Source: Octopus sinensis
Taxonomy: Eukaryota
Direction of reading: 5' to 3'
Assembly (NCBI RefSeq): GCF_006345805.1
Contig: NW_021836743.1
Coordinates: 1 to 22,809, forward strand
Length of the DNA stretch: 22,809 bases
The position numbers and the translations under genes were made by a program. This document shows positions 19,880 through 22,809 of the stretch, one piece after another (the stretch's first letter is position 1; the number at the start of each line of letters is the position of its first letter). The notes beneath the pieces were generated by a model, which did no database searches, had not been told where the DNA came from, and worked only from the letters and a program-made list of their open reading frames with translations.

Positions 19880-21164
19880 GAGGGCGTTCAATAAGTAATG
19901 CCCCTGACCCACTTCCCATAGTAGTAGAGCAACGAAACTTGGCATAGTTATTAGTCTTTTTCTACATACCAACCACCCAGAGTTACGCATTTCTCCCATT
20001 GTTTGATGCAGCTCTGGAGACCGTTTTTGTAGAAGACCCCAGCTTGGTCCTCCAACCTGACGTGACTTCAGAAATCAAGGCTGCATCATCTGGGAACGCT
20101 TTCCCTTCAAAAACAACTTCATGACTGGGAAGAGGTGAAAATCAGAGGGTGCAAGGTCAGGAAAGTAGGGGGATGGGGAGGAGTTCATAGCATACGCCTG
20201 TTGCTTCTGATCTGGCGACAAGCGAGTTGTGGACCGGAGCGTTGTCCTGCAGGAGGAGGATGCCTTTGCTGATCTTGCCCCGCCTCTTGATTTTGATAAT
20301 TTCTCTTAATTTCCTCAAAAGTGAAGCATAATAGGCTCCTGCAATTGTGGTACCCTTTGCCAGGAAATCTGTCATCACTACTCCGTCCTGGTCCCAGAAG
20401 ACTGTGAGCATGACCTTGCCAGCGGAGGGCTGCACCCTTGCCTTCTTTGGAGGGGGTGAGTCACGGTGCTTCCACTGCATTGACTGGGCTTTGGTCTCTG
20501 GATCATCGTGATGGACCCAGGTTTCATCCTGTGTAATCAGTCTTTTGAAAAATTTTGATTCATCTTCTTGGCACATCTCCAAATTCACCCTCGAGCACTC
20601 GACGCGTTCTTGCTTCTGGAAAGGCGTGAGCAACCTGGGAATCCATCTGGCAGACGCGTTTTGCATATGCAAATGGTTATGAATGATAGTTTCCCCAGAC
20701 CCGGTACTAATCTTGACCTCATGGGCTATTTGGCGAATAATTATGCGTCGATCTTCCAAAATGGCAGCCTCAACTTGACGGACAGATGCCTCATCAATGG
20801 CAGAAGGGGCGACCAGATCTGGGAGCTGTTTCCACAGAGTTCCGATCATGTTTGAATTCACGATGCCAGCGTTTTACAAGGTCATATGATGGGGCATCAT
20901 CACCATAAGTTACTTTCATTTCATCAAATGTCTCCCGTGGTGTGCGTCCTTTCAAATACAAAAACCGGATCACAGCTCGACACTCAACAGGCTCCATTTC
21001 ACACTTGACTCAGTTCAAACACCTGTACATCAGAAACCACAATTAATTCAGAGCTGTAATTTGCCACTTATTCTATAGAGATATAAATGATTGCACATGC
21101 AAAATTTCAGCTAGATCAAACAACTGCAAGTGGGTCAGAGGCATTACTTATTGAACTTCCCTCG
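19879..21164 (-). mobile_element. Full-length mariner DNA transposon (1,286 bp; likely irritans-like subfamily) with TA TSD
   Basis: TIRs cgagggcgttcaataagtaatgcccctgacccactt (19879-19914) and aagtgggtcagaggcattacttattgaacttccctcg (21128-21164); TA on both sides; transposase inside. Confidence 0.97.
19951..20997 (-). pseudogene. Mariner DD34D transposase, frameshifted near ~20805, ~20175 and ~20055
   Basis: MEPVECRAVIRFLYLKG.. (HTH), PRSGRP, ARWIPRLL, LITQDETWVHH, GKVMLTVFWD, LLQDNAPVH, then PY(F)PDLAPSDFHLF ... WEKCVTLGGWYVEKD*. Confidence 0.95.
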
Positions 21165-21723
21165 TATATATATATATATGATGTACTGTTCCGTTCAACA
21201 AAGAAGGTACTCCATTTAATAGGTGCAGTACGCTTTCATGCGCTACTCAAAGTTGAGAAATACCTCAAACATATTCATTAGGAACAAACTACATATCATA
21301 ACGAACTAGAAATTGAATTAGAGAAGATAAGCGAACAGTTGAGAAGGAAGCATGTAGAAAACGTGGATGGTTAAAAAATGGATAACGGAAAACGGAAGAA
21401 AAAAATGTAAAAATTATAAAGCAAAAGAGAAAAGATTTTCCCTCCTTAAACCTTTAATTATAAGGCTGGAAAAATCAACAAATTAATTAGGTATAGGCAA
21501 AATTTTCCAATTCTTCAAAACGTACTTACAACCACTGAACATTTCGGACCTGTAAGCGGTGCACGGTACCAGAATGTTTGTCTCGACTTAAATACGACAA
21601 ACTACACTAAATCGTTGTTGATATCTGTGTAAGAGGAGTGTAGAATGGATAGCTTGTACTGTCATCGAGTCATAAAAGTTGTAATAGTAAAGTCAAGCCA
21701 AATAGTGAAATGTTGAAATCATT

Positions 21724-21795
21724 TAATACGAACGTTTCAGGTCTGCATAAGATGTAATAGGAAATGCATCCATTACGTAAGACCTTCGTCAGTTA
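21724..21795 (-). ncRNA. Candidate type I hammerhead ribozyme with a canonical core
   Basis: Minus strand: UAA-CUGACGA-AGGUCU-[35 nt with inner GUAAU/AUUAC and GGA/UCC pairing]-AGACCU-GAAAC-GUUC-GUA-UUA. Stem I is only 3 bp. Confidence 0.6.
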
Positions 21796-21949
21796 CAACG
21801 TTTCACAGTATTTTGAATGTTTCAACTAACGAAGGCTTTGGGTGATTGTTGCATTCGATCCATTCTTTCACTTATTAAGTAACGGAACGCAACGCACCCT
21901 GGTTTTTATTAACAGTAAGTTATTTATATATCCGTGCGACTTTTATTTC

Positions 21950-22095
21950 TAGCCGGTCCTCTTTCTCCATTTTTTCTCTTTCTCATCCTCTTCTATTTCT
22001 AACCTATCTTCTTTCTCCTTTTTTCCCTCTTCGTCTCTTCCTTTTCTGTGTCCCTCTGTGTCCCTCTCTTGCCCTATTTCTCCTCTGCCTGCTGC
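21950..22095. repeat. Polypyrimidine (CT-rich) tract
   Basis: Direct inspection. Confidence 0.85.
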
Positions 22096-22406
22096 TGACA
22101 CGTGATCTGTGGTCAGCCTTTCTTTCTCTCCTATTTTACACCTGTCGAGTAGCTCACCGGTCGTAAATTCTCTTGTCCCCATTGGTACCCGTTTGGCTAT
22201 TTGGTGCCTTTCCAATCTTTTAGGATTGCCTTCTGGGCGCTACCCACCACTCGTTTTTTTGGCCTTGAGGCTATATTTTGCTCGTTTCTTATTTCGTTTC
22301 TGTCCTTCGTCCATCGTCTTAAATTACATTTATTCACTTTCGCATGCCCACACTATATCGCTTGTTACCTATGTATTGTTTACTCTCGGCCCTATCATCT
22401 CAACAA

Positions 22407-22408
<2 letters not shown>

Positions 22409-22463
<55 letters not shown>

Positions 22464-22470
22464 ATAATAG
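22409..22470. repeat. (TA)n microsatellite
   Basis: Direct inspection. Confidence 0.98.
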
Positions 22471-22809
22471 AGTAAATAATTTCTATAATGGTTTTAAAAA
22501 AAAGACCACAATTATTTACTGGTAGAATTCGGTATGTAATATAGCCGATTAACGGCAGGAACTTCTGTAAAGTTCAGTATTACATTGTATATAGGAAGAA
22601 AGGACAGGCAACAGGTTGCTTGACCGCATACCGAAAAAGTAGAAATAGCAGTCAAGAATGCTTATTTCTATTTTCCACAAGTGGGGCTCCACATACGACA
22701 AACTCTGCAATTCACATATGCAAAACAGAAGGAATAGAAATCGAAAACGAAGTCTTGTGGTTATCTGGAACATCATGTTTCTGGATTATATATATATATA
22801 TATATATAT

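Noticed and set aside
22142-22170. Plus-strand CTGTCGA...GTAAA as a hammerhead
   Set aside because: Both core segments are mutated and there is no convincing stem II.

Overview
AT-rich, microsatellite-dense eukaryotic genomic DNA. The SINE/LINE repertoire suggests a coleoid cephalopod such as Octopus; this is an inference, not database-verified. I found no supportable host gene, and most predicted ORFs are microsatellite translations or antisense shadows. The window is largely decayed mobile elements. These are: many fragments of restriction-like-endonuclease (RLE; R4/Dong-like) non-LTR retrotransposons, several bounded by (AAT)n tracts; five copies of a ~550 bp non-coding element ('element B') with apparently fixed ends, mostly bounded by (AAT)n; a 5'-truncated Penelope-like element (GIY-YIG); a full-length 1,286 bp mariner with a frameshifted DD34D transposase; Tc1 and Ty3/Gypsy remnants; and two tRNA-derived SINE families. 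The most notable signals are two hammerhead-ribozyme-like folds (5058-5102 with a variant core; 21724-21795 with a canonical core), element B as a candidate non-autonomous partner of an (AAT)n-targeting LINE, tandem reiterations at 5' junctions of (AAT)n-associated insertions, and an 18-bp target site present three times whose excision restores an old LINE reading frame.
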